Below, piece by piece: positions 32,441 to 41,447 of a stretch of 60,532 bases of DNA (positions are counted from its first letter, which is position 1; every line of letters begins with the position of its first letter). A program made the translations under genes and the position numbers. This DNA is from a virus. Below the pieces are notes generated by a model. The model was not told the DNA's origin. It made no database searches and saw only the letters and a list, made by a program, of their open reading frames with translations. The stretch lies in IMG/VR virus record IMGVR_UViG_3300012349_000001; one strand, written 5' to 3'.

Positions 32441-33535
32441 ATGAATAAGAATATCCCCTCTCATGAGACAAAAATGGAGCCCCTTGTGTCTTTCCCGTAC
32501 AATGCATTTCTCATGGTGCGCCTGGAATATGTCCAGATCTTACGGGATGACCTTCAAGCCAAGCTACTTAGGATCATTGAAGCTCATATAGAAACGCAGC
32601 GCCTGGTGCTCTACCGAGAGGCCATGAACAAGTCTGACTCGAATCAACCCATAGATATTCCAAAGGATATCTATGTCCCCATCTCGTACAAGCTTTTCAT
32701 GAATGATCTATTTGGCTTGGTTTCAAGTGAGAATACGATTAAGAAAAATCTTAATATCTTGATCAGCTATAAAATCATCTTCAGAAAAGAGGCACCAAAG
32801 AAGAAATATGCTCCTCCTGAGTACAGCATTAACACCACTGCATTGCAGATGCTTCTTGATGCCCTCAAAAATCCAGGGTATCAAAGTTTGATACCCTCAA
32901 TTCTTGATACCCTCAAACTTTCATACCCTCAAGAGTTGATACCCTCATGGTATCAACTCTTGATACCCTCGATTCTAAAATCAAGCTCAGATGAAAAATC
33001 GAGGGTATCACAGGTTGATACCACTATAAGATTAGAAGAAGATTACTCTAGTAAGAATGAAAGCCCCGATCCTTCACCCATTCCTTCATCCCCACAATCA
33101 TCTCCTATAGCCACTACGCCTACAGGAAACGATCCCATGCCTGACTTGCCTTCCAAGCAGCGAAACACTGAGCCACTTCTTACGGCAGAGGAGAGACGTG
33201 TATTCGATCTGCTTTGTGAGGTCTTCTATGCCATACCACCTGAGGTCATCACGCCCAAGATCAAGAAACAGTGTGCGGATCTTGCTCCTCATGTGCGTAA
33301 TGCTGAAGATTTGAAGAGCTTGCGAGACTATGCACGGCTTCAGATCGACAATGACCCAAACGCCATGGACAAACAGATCTACCTGGGGAATTTGATTAAA
33401 GCTGTGAATGGGTGGAAGCAGAAGCAGACACAGGAACGGGTTACAGTGCTTGAGGAAAAGAAGCGACTTAGAACAGAAAAACAAGTAAAAGAAGAATGGA
33501 ATGCCTCACTAAGAGCAGATCCATGGGCTAGATAG
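32441..33535 (+). CDS. replication initiator candidate (lambda O-like arrangement: iterons inside the gene), 364 aa
   Basis: Lies immediately upstream of dnaB and carries the TTGATACCCTCA array at 32856-33022. Confidence 0.55.
   Translation: MNKNIPSHETKMEPLVSFPYNAFLMVRLEYVQILRDDLQAKLLRIIEAHIETQRLVLYREAMNKSDSNQPIDIPKDIYVPISYKLFMNDLFGLVSSENTIKKNLNILISYKIIFRKEAPKKKYAPPEYSINTTALQMLLDALKNPGYQSLIPSILDTLKLSYPQELIPSWYQLLIPSILKSSSDEKSRVSQVDTTIRLEEDYSSKNESPDPSPIPSSPQSSPIATTPTGNDPMPDLPSKQRNTEPLLTAEERRVFDLLCEVFYAIPPEVITPKIKKQCADLAPHVRNAEDLKSLRDYARLQIDNDPNAMDKQIYLGNLIKAVNGWKQKQTQERVTVLEEKKRLRTEKQVKEEWNASLRADPWAR
32856..33022. repeat. iteron array, consensus TTGATACCCTCA
   Basis: Perfect copies at 32888, 32904 and 32936. 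One-mismatch copies at 32856, 32920 and 32960. Inverted partial copies at 32877, 32949 and 33000. The first four tandem copies (32888-32936) are 16 bp apart. Confidence 0.85.
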
Positions 33536-33551
33536 CAAAGGAGAGAAAAAC

Positions 33552-34940
33552 ATGCAAAACCATAAAACAGCGTCACAGACATTTACTGAAGAGAGAATTA
33601 AGGCTAACATCGAAGCAGAAGAGAAGCTACTAGCCTGCATCCTGGATAGGCCACGCACACTCAGCAGAGTAGCAGACTATCTGAAACCTGAGCACTTCTA
33701 TCGCCATGCACACCAGATTATCTATAGTGCCCTGCTCAAGCTCTATCAGCAGGAACGAGACTGCCATGTCGATAATGTCATCGATGAGCTAGAGCGGCAA
33801 GATAAGCTCGAACAAGTCGGCGGGCGTGGGCAGGTGCTCTTCCTCTCAACGGGCTTTGCAGTGGGGGATGTAGAGGACTATGCAGAGAATGTCATCCACA
33901 AAGCGAAAATGCGACGGCTTGGCTATGCCGCTTCAGAGATCCTGGCAAAGGCAATGAACGAAGATGATGACGCGATAGACTATGCTCAACAACTGATCTT
34001 TGATATCGCAATGGAGAGTGACACCACAGCTACCCTGACGTTTGCTGAAGCACTCGCCGAGTACATGGCAGATCTGAAGCAGCGTAGACAGGATGTGCTA
34101 GATGGCAATGCGCTAGGGCTACCTACTGGCTTCACTGAGCTGGACCAGACACTCGGAGGGCTCCAGCCATCAAGCCTCTATACGATCGGTGCTCTTACTG
34201 GCTATGGCAAAAGCGCATTTGCAACAAATATCGCTCTTAATGTCGCGATCAAGACAAAACACGTCATGCTTGTCAGTCTAGAAATGTCGCACAAAGAGAT
34301 TGTACAGCGTGTGCTGGGAATGGATGCTGAGATGGATCAATCAGGCTTGCGAGATGCTAATCCTGACATCTTGACCGATGAGGTTATGCGCTCTCTGGAG
34401 ATACGAGCCAAGAGCCTGGAAAAGTGCGATATCAAGATTGAAGATCATGCCTATTCCATCAGTGACATTTGCGCAAAAGTAAAGCGCGTTCACAGCAGGA
34501 AGCCGCTAGATCTGATCATAGTGGACTACCTGCAGCTCATCGAAACGATAGAGACCAAGAACAAAAGCGCCACACGGGCTCAGGAGATAGCTGACCTCTC
34601 CAGACGATTAAAGCGGCTCGCTCAGGAACTAGAGGTCCCGGTGATTATTCTCGTTCAGCTTAACCGGAAGGTAGAGGACAGGCAAGAGCAAATACCCAAG
34701 CTCTCTGATATCAATGAGTCCGGGGGAATTGCCAGGGATAGCGACGTGGTGATGTTTCTCTACAGCACTGCTGAAGAAATGCAGAAGCGTGAGGAGAACA
34801 AGATGTATCAGATCAATGTGAAAGTTGCGAAAAATCGCAACGGTCGTTTGCATGAGATAGCACTCGTATTCAGTCCTCGTATTATGAAATTCAAGAATAG
34901 TTATACAGAGGATAAAGAAGAAGATGTCTTTTCTCTCTAA
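33552..34940 (+). CDS. dnaB: replicative DNA helicase DnaB, 462 aa
   Basis: Walker A GALTGYGKSAF, plus IVDYLQLI and VQLNRKVEDR. DnaB-type N-terminal domain. Confidence 0.9.
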   Translation: MQNHKTASQTFTEERIKANIEAEEKLLACILDRPRTLSRVADYLKPEHFYRHAHQIIYSALLKLYQQERDCHVDNVIDELERQDKLEQVGGRGQVLFLSTGFAVGDVEDYAENVIHKAKMRRLGYAASEILAKAMNEDDDAIDYAQQLIFDIAMESDTTATLTFAEALAEYMADLKQRRQDVLDGNALGLPTGFTELDQTLGGLQPSSLYTIGALTGYGKSAFATNIALNVAIKTKHVMLVSLEMSHKEIVQRVLGMDAEMDQSGLRDANPDILTDEVMRSLEIRAKSLEKCDIKIEDHAYSISDICAKVKRVHSRKPLDLIIVDYLQLIETIETKNKSATRAQEIADLSRRLKRLAQELEVPVIILVQLNRKVEDRQEQIPKLSDINESGGIARDSDVVMFLYSTAEEMQKREENKMYQINVKVAKNRNGRLHEIALVFSPRIMKFKNSYTEDKEEDVFSL

Positions 34941-35262
34941 GATGCTGAAACAGCTAAAAAGAGACATTGAGCCAAAAGAGTGCCTTGTGTGTGTCCGCCC
35001 AATGAGCTATACAGATGCGCTTGGTCTTCCTTGGTGTGCTGAGCATGAGCATCATGGACAAGTACTCACCTGGGGATGTCAGCATAATTTCCCAGAATTG
35101 CACTTTGGGGACTATGCGCTAGGCCCTGGTGACGAGTGTTGGTGGCTGGCAATCATGGGAAGCTGCGAGACTGGAAGTAACCGGGGTGATGAGGGCTTTA
35201 TGTGGACTGCTCTAGCGTATGTTGAGTACTTGGACAGTCAGGAACAGGAGAAAGTATCATGA
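34924..35262 (+). CDS. Cys/His-rich hypothetical protein, 112 aa
   Basis: CLVC...PWCAEHEHHG. Shares this motif with the next gene. Confidence 0.55.
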   Translation: MSFLSKMLKQLKRDIEPKECLVCVRPMSYTDALGLPWCAEHEHHGQVLTWGCQHNFPELHFGDYALGPGDECWWLAIMGSCETGSNRGDEGFMWTALAYVEYLDSQEQEKVS

Positions 35263-36086
35263 AATGGTCAAAGAAAGCCGCTATTAAGCGAATGGAAGCA
35301 AATCAGGAACTACAGCAGGTTTATGAGAAGTATCCTCTTGCTCAAGTTCTGATTGAGAGTGCTGCAAAGCTAGAACGCTATCCAGAGTACAATCGGATAT
35401 CCTGTTATTCGGCCTACAAGGACTGGCTAAATGCAGCGACTACACCGCATGACAGCAAGGAATACTGGACATGCGTAGGCGTGATTGATGACTTGCTTCC
35501 TCCAGATGCTTGCGACCTCGAGCTGGACGAGAGCAGTATTGCTACTAATGATCCCTATCTCCCCGACTTGCCACCATTGCCTAAGAAGGATTGGCAGTAT
35601 GATGAGAATGGAGAGCTAAAAATACGGACCATCTCAGCACAAGAACTTATGCAGAAGAAAAGCTTCCCTGAAGAAGATGCCAGATTTGAAAAGATGCGTG
35701 TCTGGCTAGAGCGCGTGAAAAGAGTAAAGGATTATAGTATAGATCCTCCATACAAACATGCTAAGAAGGTAGCAGATACTTTAGCAATTCTCAAAGGAGA
35801 AAAGCCGTTTCCTGTGTGTCAATATATTAAGCGTGTTGAGAAGTATGGAAAAAAGGACTTTCCTACTTTTTGTAGGAATAATCCGCTAGAAAATGGCTGG
35901 TGTGAAGAGCACCAATTTAGCCATGAAATTGCACTGCTAGGGCAATCTATGAACTTTGCGCCTATCCAAGTTAGTGAGAATATTAAGATAGGTGAAGGTA
36001 TAAGCGAATGGAAGTACTTTGCCAATCAGGCAGCTCCTGAGCAGGTTGAAGAGATAAGACAAGCAATATTGAGGGAAAGAAGGTAA
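35259..36086 (+). CDS. hypothetical protein, 275 aa
   Basis: ATGA overlap with the previous gene; contains GWCEEHQFSH. Confidence 0.6.
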   Translation: MKWSKKAAIKRMEANQELQQVYEKYPLAQVLIESAAKLERYPEYNRISCYSAYKDWLNAATTPHDSKEYWTCVGVIDDLLPPDACDLELDESSIATNDPYLPDLPPLPKKDWQYDENGELKIRTISAQELMQKKSFPEEDARFEKMRVWLERVKRVKDYSIDPPYKHAKKVADTLAILKGEKPFPVCQYIKRVEKYGKKDFPTFCRNNPLENGWCEEHQFSHEIALLGQSMNFAPIQVSENIKIGEGISEWKYFANQAAPEQVEEIRQAILRERR

Positions 36087-36090
36087 GAAC

Positions 36091-36210
36091 GTGGGAGCAA
36101 CTCGACTCGTCGGCAGCAATGCAGTACATCCGTTGCTGAGGACAGCCAAGTATGAAGAGGCGCTGCATGCGTTTCTCGACTGGCTGATGGAAGGAGAGGG
36201 AGCGGGATGA
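36091..36210 (+). CDS. 39-aa hypothetical peptide
   Basis: GTG after GAAGG; its stop overlaps the next ATG. Confidence 0.35.
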   Translation: MGATRLVGSNAVHPLLRTAKYEEALHAFLDWLMEGEGAG

Positions 36211-36437
36211 GCAAAAAGTACACACCAGAAGACGAACCGCGTATACGTGAATTGACCAAGAGCATCAATGCCGTGCTCAACACCACGCTCTACAAGCTGC
36301 TGCAAGAGCTATTCGTGGATGTGTACGGCGGAGAATGCGAAGAGGAGTATATAGAGATATTGAGCAAGCTTGTGCTGATAGAGCAAGAAGACTTACCAGT
36401 AGCAGAGATGAAATATAAGCGAATAGGAGATGAATAG
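36207..36437 (+). CDS. hypothetical protein, 76 aa
   Basis: Co-directional and tightly packed. Confidence 0.55.
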   Translation: MSKKYTPEDEPRIRELTKSINAVLNTTLYKLLQELFVDVYGGECEEEYIEILSKLVLIEQEDLPVAEMKYKRIGDE

Positions 36438-36692
36438 ATGCTCCAAGTAGAACAAACCATCCCAAGCAAATACAGTAAATTGTACGCAGATTATGTAGAT
36501 AAGGTACGCAAGAGCAAGAAAGTAGATACCATCATGTGGGTAGTACTTGATAGAGGGCACAGAATAGAGATGATAGGCAAAGAGAAGCATAGAGCGATGA
36601 TAGAGCAGTTATTGGGAAGCGGTGATGTGCAGCGGATGAAGGTGGCAGAAGAGGTGATGAGAAGGAGTATAGGGACATGGGAGGTACGGTAG
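36438..36692 (+). CDS. hypothetical protein, 84 aa
   Basis: Starts directly after the previous stop. Confidence 0.55.
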   Translation: MLQVEQTIPSKYSKLYADYVDKVRKSKKVDTIMWVVLDRGHRIEMIGKEKHRAMIEQLLGSGDVQRMKVAEEVMRRSIGTWEVR

Positions 36693-36693
36693 G

Positions 36694-36975
36694 ATGAACA
36701 TACCAGACAAATGCACAATTGACAATATTGAGAAGTGGCTAAGCCATACCACAGTCTATATCCGCATTATCCCTGGACAAGAATGGGCGCTATGGAAAGT
36801 TGGGAGCTACTACTGCTTACAGCAAGTGCTTCCAAAGCATGGTGAGAAGAAGATGGATAAAAATCTTATGCAGCTTCTCTTGTGGTTCCTGCTGGGGGAT
36901 GCTGTGCAAAAAGCTCAGTACGACCCACCACCTGAGGGGAACGTGATTAGTTTTGCAGAGAAGAGGGCGAGATGA
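36694..36975 (+). CDS. hypothetical protein, 93 aa
   Basis: Starts 1 nt after the previous stop. Confidence 0.55.
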   Translation: MNIPDKCTIDNIEKWLSHTTVYIRIIPGQEWALWKVGSYYCLQQVLPKHGEKKMDKNLMQLLLWFLLGDAVQKAQYDPPPEGNVISFAEKRAR

Positions 36976-37280
36976 AGGTTGCAGACTTCCAAAAGCTCAT
37001 CACAGACGCTGGCCTCAACCTGCACTTGAGCTACGCTGGTCGCTTTGTCGTCACGCTCCGGGTCACCGGACGTATCCAGTGTTGCACTCTGATCCTTGAT
37101 CCTGAGAAATCAGAGGATGAGGCCAGAGCGTATGTCGCAGCCAAGAAAGCAGAACTTGAGGATGCATCGCGGACTCAGCAGGGCAGGATGGCAGAAGAGC
37201 GGACTCAGAAAGCACAAACGAAACCTGTACAGAAGAAACAGGATACGCGCACGGTGGCTATGAACTATCCGGCGCATTAG
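36972..37280 (+). CDS. hypothetical protein, 102 aa
   Basis: ATGA overlap with the previous gene. Confidence 0.55.
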   Translation: MKVADFQKLITDAGLNLHLSYAGRFVVTLRVTGRIQCCTLILDPEKSEDEARAYVAAKKAELEDASRTQQGRMAEERTQKAQTKPVQKKQDTRTVAMNYPAH

Positions 37281-37294
37281 AGAAAGGACGATCT

Positions 37295-37693
37295 ATGAAG
37301 ACACTAGATATCAAACCCTGTACAACTATCTCAGGCTTGGAAGCTCCGAAAGGATGGCATATTGCAGGTCCATGGGGTGATGGTCTCTATTGGGAACGGC
37401 TCGTAGGTGAGCGCATCACCGTGATAGAAGACATCTCAGTGAAAGCAGACGGTAAACGTTGGCTACATGTCAGCATTGCCAAATCGAAAAAGCACCTTAT
37501 CCCAACTTATGAAGATATACAGGTAGTACGTAAAGCGTTCATAGGTGAGCACAGAGAATCGTATATGATTTTTCCAACGAAAGATAGATATGTAAATCTT
37601 GGGAATGTCTTGCATCTTTGGAGCTGTCTTGATGAGCCTGATGGTGTACTACCACATTTTGAAGGTTTTGTTGATGGAAGGATGACGATATGA
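37295..37693 (+). CDS. hypothetical protein, 132 aa
   Basis: SD GAAAGGA before the ATG. Confidence 0.6.
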   Translation: MKTLDIKPCTTISGLEAPKGWHIAGPWGDGLYWERLVGERITVIEDISVKADGKRWLHVSIAKSKKHLIPTYEDIQVVRKAFIGEHRESYMIFPTKDRYVNLGNVLHLWSCLDEPDGVLPHFEGFVDGRMTI

Positions 37694-38274
37694 TCAAGAA
37701 CAATGACTCCCGGTGGAAGTCGACACCCATGACCAGCCCGGAAAGCTTCGACGCATTCTACAGGAGCAAGCTCGAATCCTTCACTGCTCAGCTACGCGAA
37801 TTTGTCTTCGATTCGGTGTATGTGGTTGGAAAAGAATATGCATGCCTCGTATGCGGTTGTAGAGTCTTCTGTAGAAAGCAAGACATAGCCTCGGGGCACT
37901 GTGTGCTATGTTTTCCTAGCTGGCTTCACACTCGCTCAGAATCGCAACGTGATGCCCTCCTGAGCCATTATCCCAAATTGGAAGAATGCGCGAGAGAGTG
38001 GGAAGCCTCTGGGCACAAAAACCCTGCACAGCATCCACCTCGTCTGCCACGGCAAAAGCAAGGTGATGAGGAGCTTGGCAGGCAAATCAAAGAAGCGCGG
38101 CTAAAGATGGGCATGACGACTCATGAGCTTGCAGCGAAGATCACGAAAGTCAAAGGCGGCAGATTGACAGAACGCTCTATCAGAGCATACGAGGGAGGGA
38201 GTGCTCGACCATCCAAGAATGTCATGGAGCAATTGAAGAGTATATTAGGATTGGAGATACCAGAGGATGAGTGA
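37690..38274 (+). CDS. protein with a C-terminal XRE-type HTH, 194 aa
   Basis: LGRQIKEARLKMGMTTHELAAKI...RSIRAYEGG. Confidence 0.6.
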   Translation: MIKNNDSRWKSTPMTSPESFDAFYRSKLESFTAQLREFVFDSVYVVGKEYACLVCGCRVFCRKQDIASGHCVLCFPSWLHTRSESQRDALLSHYPKLEECAREWEASGHKNPAQHPPRLPRQKQGDEELGRQIKEARLKMGMTTHELAAKITKVKGGRLTERSIRAYEGGSARPSKNVMEQLKSILGLEIPEDE

Positions 38275-38473
38275 AGCGCCAAGCAGCGACCACTATAAAA
38301 GCTGTAAAATAGAGCCAATAGAGTACATAGAAGCTAATGAGCTAGGTTTTCACGCTGGTAACGTAGTCAAGTACGTATCACGGTATAAGCAGAAGAATGG
38401 TTTGGATGATCTAAAAAAGGCAAGATGGTATATTGACCGTCTTATCGAATTGGAGGAAAGTAAGGATGCCTGA
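38267..38473 (+). CDS. DUF3310-like protein, 68 aa
   Basis: HYKSCKIEPIEYI...GNVVKYVSRYKQKNGLDDLKKARWYI. Confidence 0.6.
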   Translation: MSEAPSSDHYKSCKIEPIEYIEANELGFHAGNVVKYVSRYKQKNGLDDLKKARWYIDRLIELEESKDA

Positions 38474-38693
38474 TGAGAGACGGATCGATGAAATACTAAT
38501 CTTTGCCAAATATGCAGGCACGTGTACCGACTGTGGGTACAGGATAGCTGTAAATGCATCTATTTGGTTCAATACGCACACAAGAAAGGCTAGACATAAG
38601 AATTGTCCTGAGATAAGTTATGATGGCAGTGAGCAGAGAAATACTTTTGATACTTGGATAAAGGCGTTTCAGGATATGGAAGGAAAGAAGTGA
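38466..38693 (+). CDS. small zinc-ribbon-like protein, 75 aa
   Basis: Start set at MPDERR, overlapping the previous gene end; CTDCG...HKNC. Confidence 0.5.
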   Translation: MPDERRIDEILIFAKYAGTCTDCGYRIAVNASIWFNTHTRKARHKNCPEISYDGSEQRNTFDTWIKAFQDMEGKK

Positions 38694-38941
38694 TGAAATG
38701 CTCACAATGTGATAAAGATCTATGTGAGAGAGGATCATGCCATAATGCATACTGTGTCGCATATGATGACGATGTGTGGTGCGAATGCGATGGAGATGAA
38801 TGGGAAGATCCACTAGATTATTTGTGCTCATGCTGTGGAAGTGATCTATGTGTATGCGGAGGGTGCCATACTCCTGCATGCGAGGAAGAGTCTTTTGAGT
38901 GCTCTGTGCTATCGTACAAGTTTATAAGGTCGAATGAATGA
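38693..38941 (+). CDS. Cys-rich protein, 82 aa
   Basis: Start set at MKCSQC. Several CxxC pairs. Confidence 0.5.
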   Translation: MKCSQCDKDLCERGSCHNAYCVAYDDDVWCECDGDEWEDPLDYLCSCCGSDLCVCGGCHTPACEEESFECSVLSYKFIRSNE

Positions 38942-38957
38942 TATAAGGTAAGAGCGA

Positions 38958-39098
38958 ATGAACATACTTTACATCTCTCTAGCGTGCTTTATGCTGCTTA
39001 TAGTGCTGATATTTGTTACAGGAAGAAATAGCAGCAAGAGAGTCAGGACACCGCGACTTGATAGGGTATTGTTTAGGATATACAGGAGAAGAAGATAG
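38958..39098 (+). CDS. 46-aa membrane peptide with a basic tail
   Basis: TM segment ILYISLACFMLLIVLIFV; weak SD. Confidence 0.3.
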   Translation: MNILYISLACFMLLIVLIFVTGRNSSKRVRTPRLDRVLFRIYRRRR

Positions 39099-39203
39099 TA
39101 TAGTAAGGTATAGATATCTGTAGATAGATGTAGGAATGTATGAATGATAGTAGGAGAGGTATCCTATTTAGAAGATATAGGGGATAGGAGAGGTAACCTA
39201 GTG

Positions 39204-39232
39204 TTGACAGAAGGGCTTCGATATGGAATAAT
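39204..39232 (+). promoter_or_regulatory. promoter TTGACA-N17-AATAAT upstream of int
   Basis: -35 at 39204-39209 and -10 at 39227-39232. TAGGAGAGGTA occurs twice upstream, at 39151 and 39185. Confidence 0.55.
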
Positions 39233-39275
39233 AGAGAGTGTAAATTTCAGTTTAAGTACGCTATGAGGCAGGTCA

Positions 39276-40187
39276 ATGGAAGAGCGAAACTTAGTCCCAC
39301 AAGAAGTCCCTAGCCTACCGCAATCGTTTGCAAATGTTGCTGGGCAGTTATCACCAAAATCTAAACGTATTTATGAGCATGACGCCATAGCTTTTGCGAC
39401 ATGGCTTAATGAGAACAAATGCGAATTAACACGTGAAAGTGTTATTATGTATAGACAGTACTTGAGTCAACGTTATAAGCCTACAACAGCAAAAAGGATG
39501 TGGTCGGTTGTGTGTAGAATACTTGACGAGCAAGTTATGTCAGGGAACATTGCGAATAATCCAACAGAAGGAGTAAGAGGGCTTAAAGCTAATGGCAATG
39601 CTTCAAAGCATATTTCTCTATCTAAAGAGCAAGCACATGCTTTGCTTGAAGTTATAGATGTGAGTACGAAAAAAGGCAAGAGGGATTATGCAATTATACT
39701 GCTGCTGATCAAGACTGGATTAAGAAGATTTGAGTGTGCAGCATTAAACCTAGAGGACATGAGAGAAGAGCAGGGACATCATACTCTATTCCTTAGTGAA
39801 ACAAAGGGTGATAAGCTTGATACGGTCAAATTATCACCAGACGTATGGAGAGCGATTGATATCTATCTAGAGACTGTGGACAGAAATAATGTATCTCAGA
39901 AAGATCCTCTGTTTATTAGCTTCAGAAAAGGAGATCATCAGCAGAGCAAGCGCATTTCCCCAAATGATATTTATCGATCTGTCAAGGAATATGCTGAGAA
40001 AGCAGGGATCAAGCAGTTATCACCCCATGGGTTGCGTGCCACGTTTATCACGCTCTCTATTGAGGGTGGAGCGCCACTTCATAAGGTTCAGTATGCAGCT
40101 CGTCACAGCGACCCGCGAATGACCGAGCACTACCACAAACGCAAGCAAAACTTGGATAAAAGTGCTGTTGACTATATGGATTGGTAA
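39276..40187 (+). CDS. int: tyrosine recombinase / phage integrase, 303 aa
   Basis: TGLRRFE, HGLRATFITL and AARHSDPRMTEHY supply the R..H-x-x-R..Y catalytic pattern. Confidence 0.9.
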   Translation: MEERNLVPQEVPSLPQSFANVAGQLSPKSKRIYEHDAIAFATWLNENKCELTRESVIMYRQYLSQRYKPTTAKRMWSVVCRILDEQVMSGNIANNPTEGVRGLKANGNASKHISLSKEQAHALLEVIDVSTKKGKRDYAIILLLIKTGLRRFECAALNLEDMREEQGHHTLFLSETKGDKLDTVKLSPDVWRAIDIYLETVDRNNVSQKDPLFISFRKGDHQQSKRISPNDIYRSVKEYAEKAGIKQLSPHGLRATFITLSIEGGAPLHKVQYAARHSDPRMTEHYHKRKQNLDKSAVDYMDW

Positions 40188-40200
40188 GGAAAGGACACCC

Positions 40201-40410
40201 ATGAACCAACCCACTGAAGACAAACGTAAAATCTGGCAAGTGAAGGAATTGGACAATTTAAATTTTGTCGAGCAAATACGCTATGTTCCTGCAATAAGTA
40301 GGAAAGAGGCAAAGGATATTTATGCACAAAAGCATAAAAAATATCCTTTTACACGCTTGGCGGCTAGTGTCGTTGGCTGGCATATGAGCGAGTGGGTAGG
40401 AGAAGCTTGA
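40201..40410 (+). CDS. hypothetical protein, 69 aa
   Basis: ATG after GGAAAGGA; followed by a strong terminator. Confidence 0.5.
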   Translation: MNQPTEDKRKIWQVKELDNLNFVEQIRYVPAISRKEAKDIYAQKHKKYPFTRLAASVVGWHMSEWVGEA

Positions 40411-40429
40411 TCAGATCTTGCAATTCTTG

Positions 40430-40480
40430 CAGCCGAGAGCCTCTCTTTGGGAAACTGAAGAGAGGCTCTGGCTGTTTCTC
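40430..40480 (+). terminator. intrinsic terminator
   Basis: 16-bp stem CAGCCGAGAGCCTCTCT/AGAGAGGCTCTGGCTG with one bulge, followed by TTTCTCC. Confidence 0.75.
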
Positions 40481-40490
40481 CTATTGAGGA

Positions 40491-40555
40491 TGGACCTGGA
40501 GGGACTTGAACCCTCGATTACCTCCCGGTGTCTTTTCCCGTTAGACCACAGGCCC
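40491..40555 (-). pseudogene. tRNA-like element lacking the anticodon arm
   Basis: 7-bp acceptor stem, D arm GTCT/AGAC and T arm GAGGG-TTCAAGT-CCCTC are present. Only 13 nt lie where about 22 nt of anticodon arm plus variable loop are expected. Confidence 0.6.
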
Positions 40556-40844
40556 ATCTTATTTTACTTCACCAGAAGCTCAAGAAAGCCTCTTGCTCAA
40601 GGTCAATGTGTGAATGACGCATAGCCCAAATATACCCCTAGAACGCACTAGGATACCCCAAGTTATAAACCCGCTCTACAGGCTGCTCTAAAAAAGTGGA
40701 GACCCACGGCACGTGTATGGCGCGTGGGCCTAAATGTGTGAAAAGGGTTCAATGAGCTATCCCTCTCCACTCAGTATATCATGGCTTCGTACAATATGCA
40801 CAAATATATCAGTCATTCTTAGTGCAATATGCTATACTGTGGGT

Positions 40845-41063
40845 ATGGAAGACCCAAGAAGAAGAGGGAACATTAGAATACACCTGCAAAGCATCATGAA
40901 AGCTCTATATGGTACTACAGACTATAAAGCAGTATCCATGAGAATAGATCGATACGATAAAGATATGCTGGTGATTGTTGTAGATCATCCAAGCTTACCA
41001 GTGATTGGTAAGGGCTTTAAATATCCAAATGTGATAATAGAGAGGAAGATAGCGGATGAATAG
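40845..41063 (+). CDS. hypothetical protein, 72 aa
   Basis: Start set at MEDPRRRG, close to a TATACT box. Confidence 0.45.
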   Translation: MEDPRRRGNIRIHLQSIMKALYGTTDYKAVSMRIDRYDKDMLVIVVDHPSLPVIGKGFKYPNVIIERKIADE

Positions 41064-41202
41064 GGATAGAATATCTGATATGCAAACACGGTTATATCAT
41101 GCACAGAATGATCGTATCTCAACAGACGCTATTGTCGGACTGCTGGTGTTCTTGGCTGGCGTTGCGGTGGGAATAATGCTTGAGAAAAGGTGGCAGAGGT
41201 GA
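41056..41202 (+). CDS. 48-aa membrane peptide
   Basis: ATG overlaps the previous stop. TM segment AIVGLLVFLAGVAVGIML. Confidence 0.35.
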   Translation: MNRDRISDMQTRLYHAQNDRISTDAIVGLLVFLAGVAVGIMLEKRWQR

Positions 41203-41447
41203 GTAACTATCCATTGCAGCATAGCCCGCATGATGGTACGCAACAGCAAGAGTGCGACCATCGGGCCTTCTACCGGGTGACTGGAGGCGCCTATGTTGCT
41301 ATCCGTTACTGCTCGAATTGTGGGAAGTCGTGGCGAATGCCGACGCAGGGTGACTATCTCTTTGGTGATCACCCGGTCGCTGAGTGGGAGCCGATCAAAG
41401 AGGGCTTGGAAGTTGAGCAGCGTGTCCTGCCGGACTATGAGGAGTAG
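41190..41447 (+). CDS. hypothetical zinc-ribbon-like protein, 85 aa
   Basis: GTG start overlapping the previous ORF; CDH...CSNCG. Confidence 0.45.
   Translation: MAEVSNYPLQHSPHDGTQQQECDHRAFYRVTGGAYVAIRYCSNCGKSWRMPTQGDYLFGDHPVAEWEPIKEGLEVEQRVLPDYEE

Noticed and set aside
40491-40555. Calling this a functional tRNA gene.
   Set aside because: It is only 64 nt plus the discriminator. No anticodon stem-loop can be drawn between the D and T arms.
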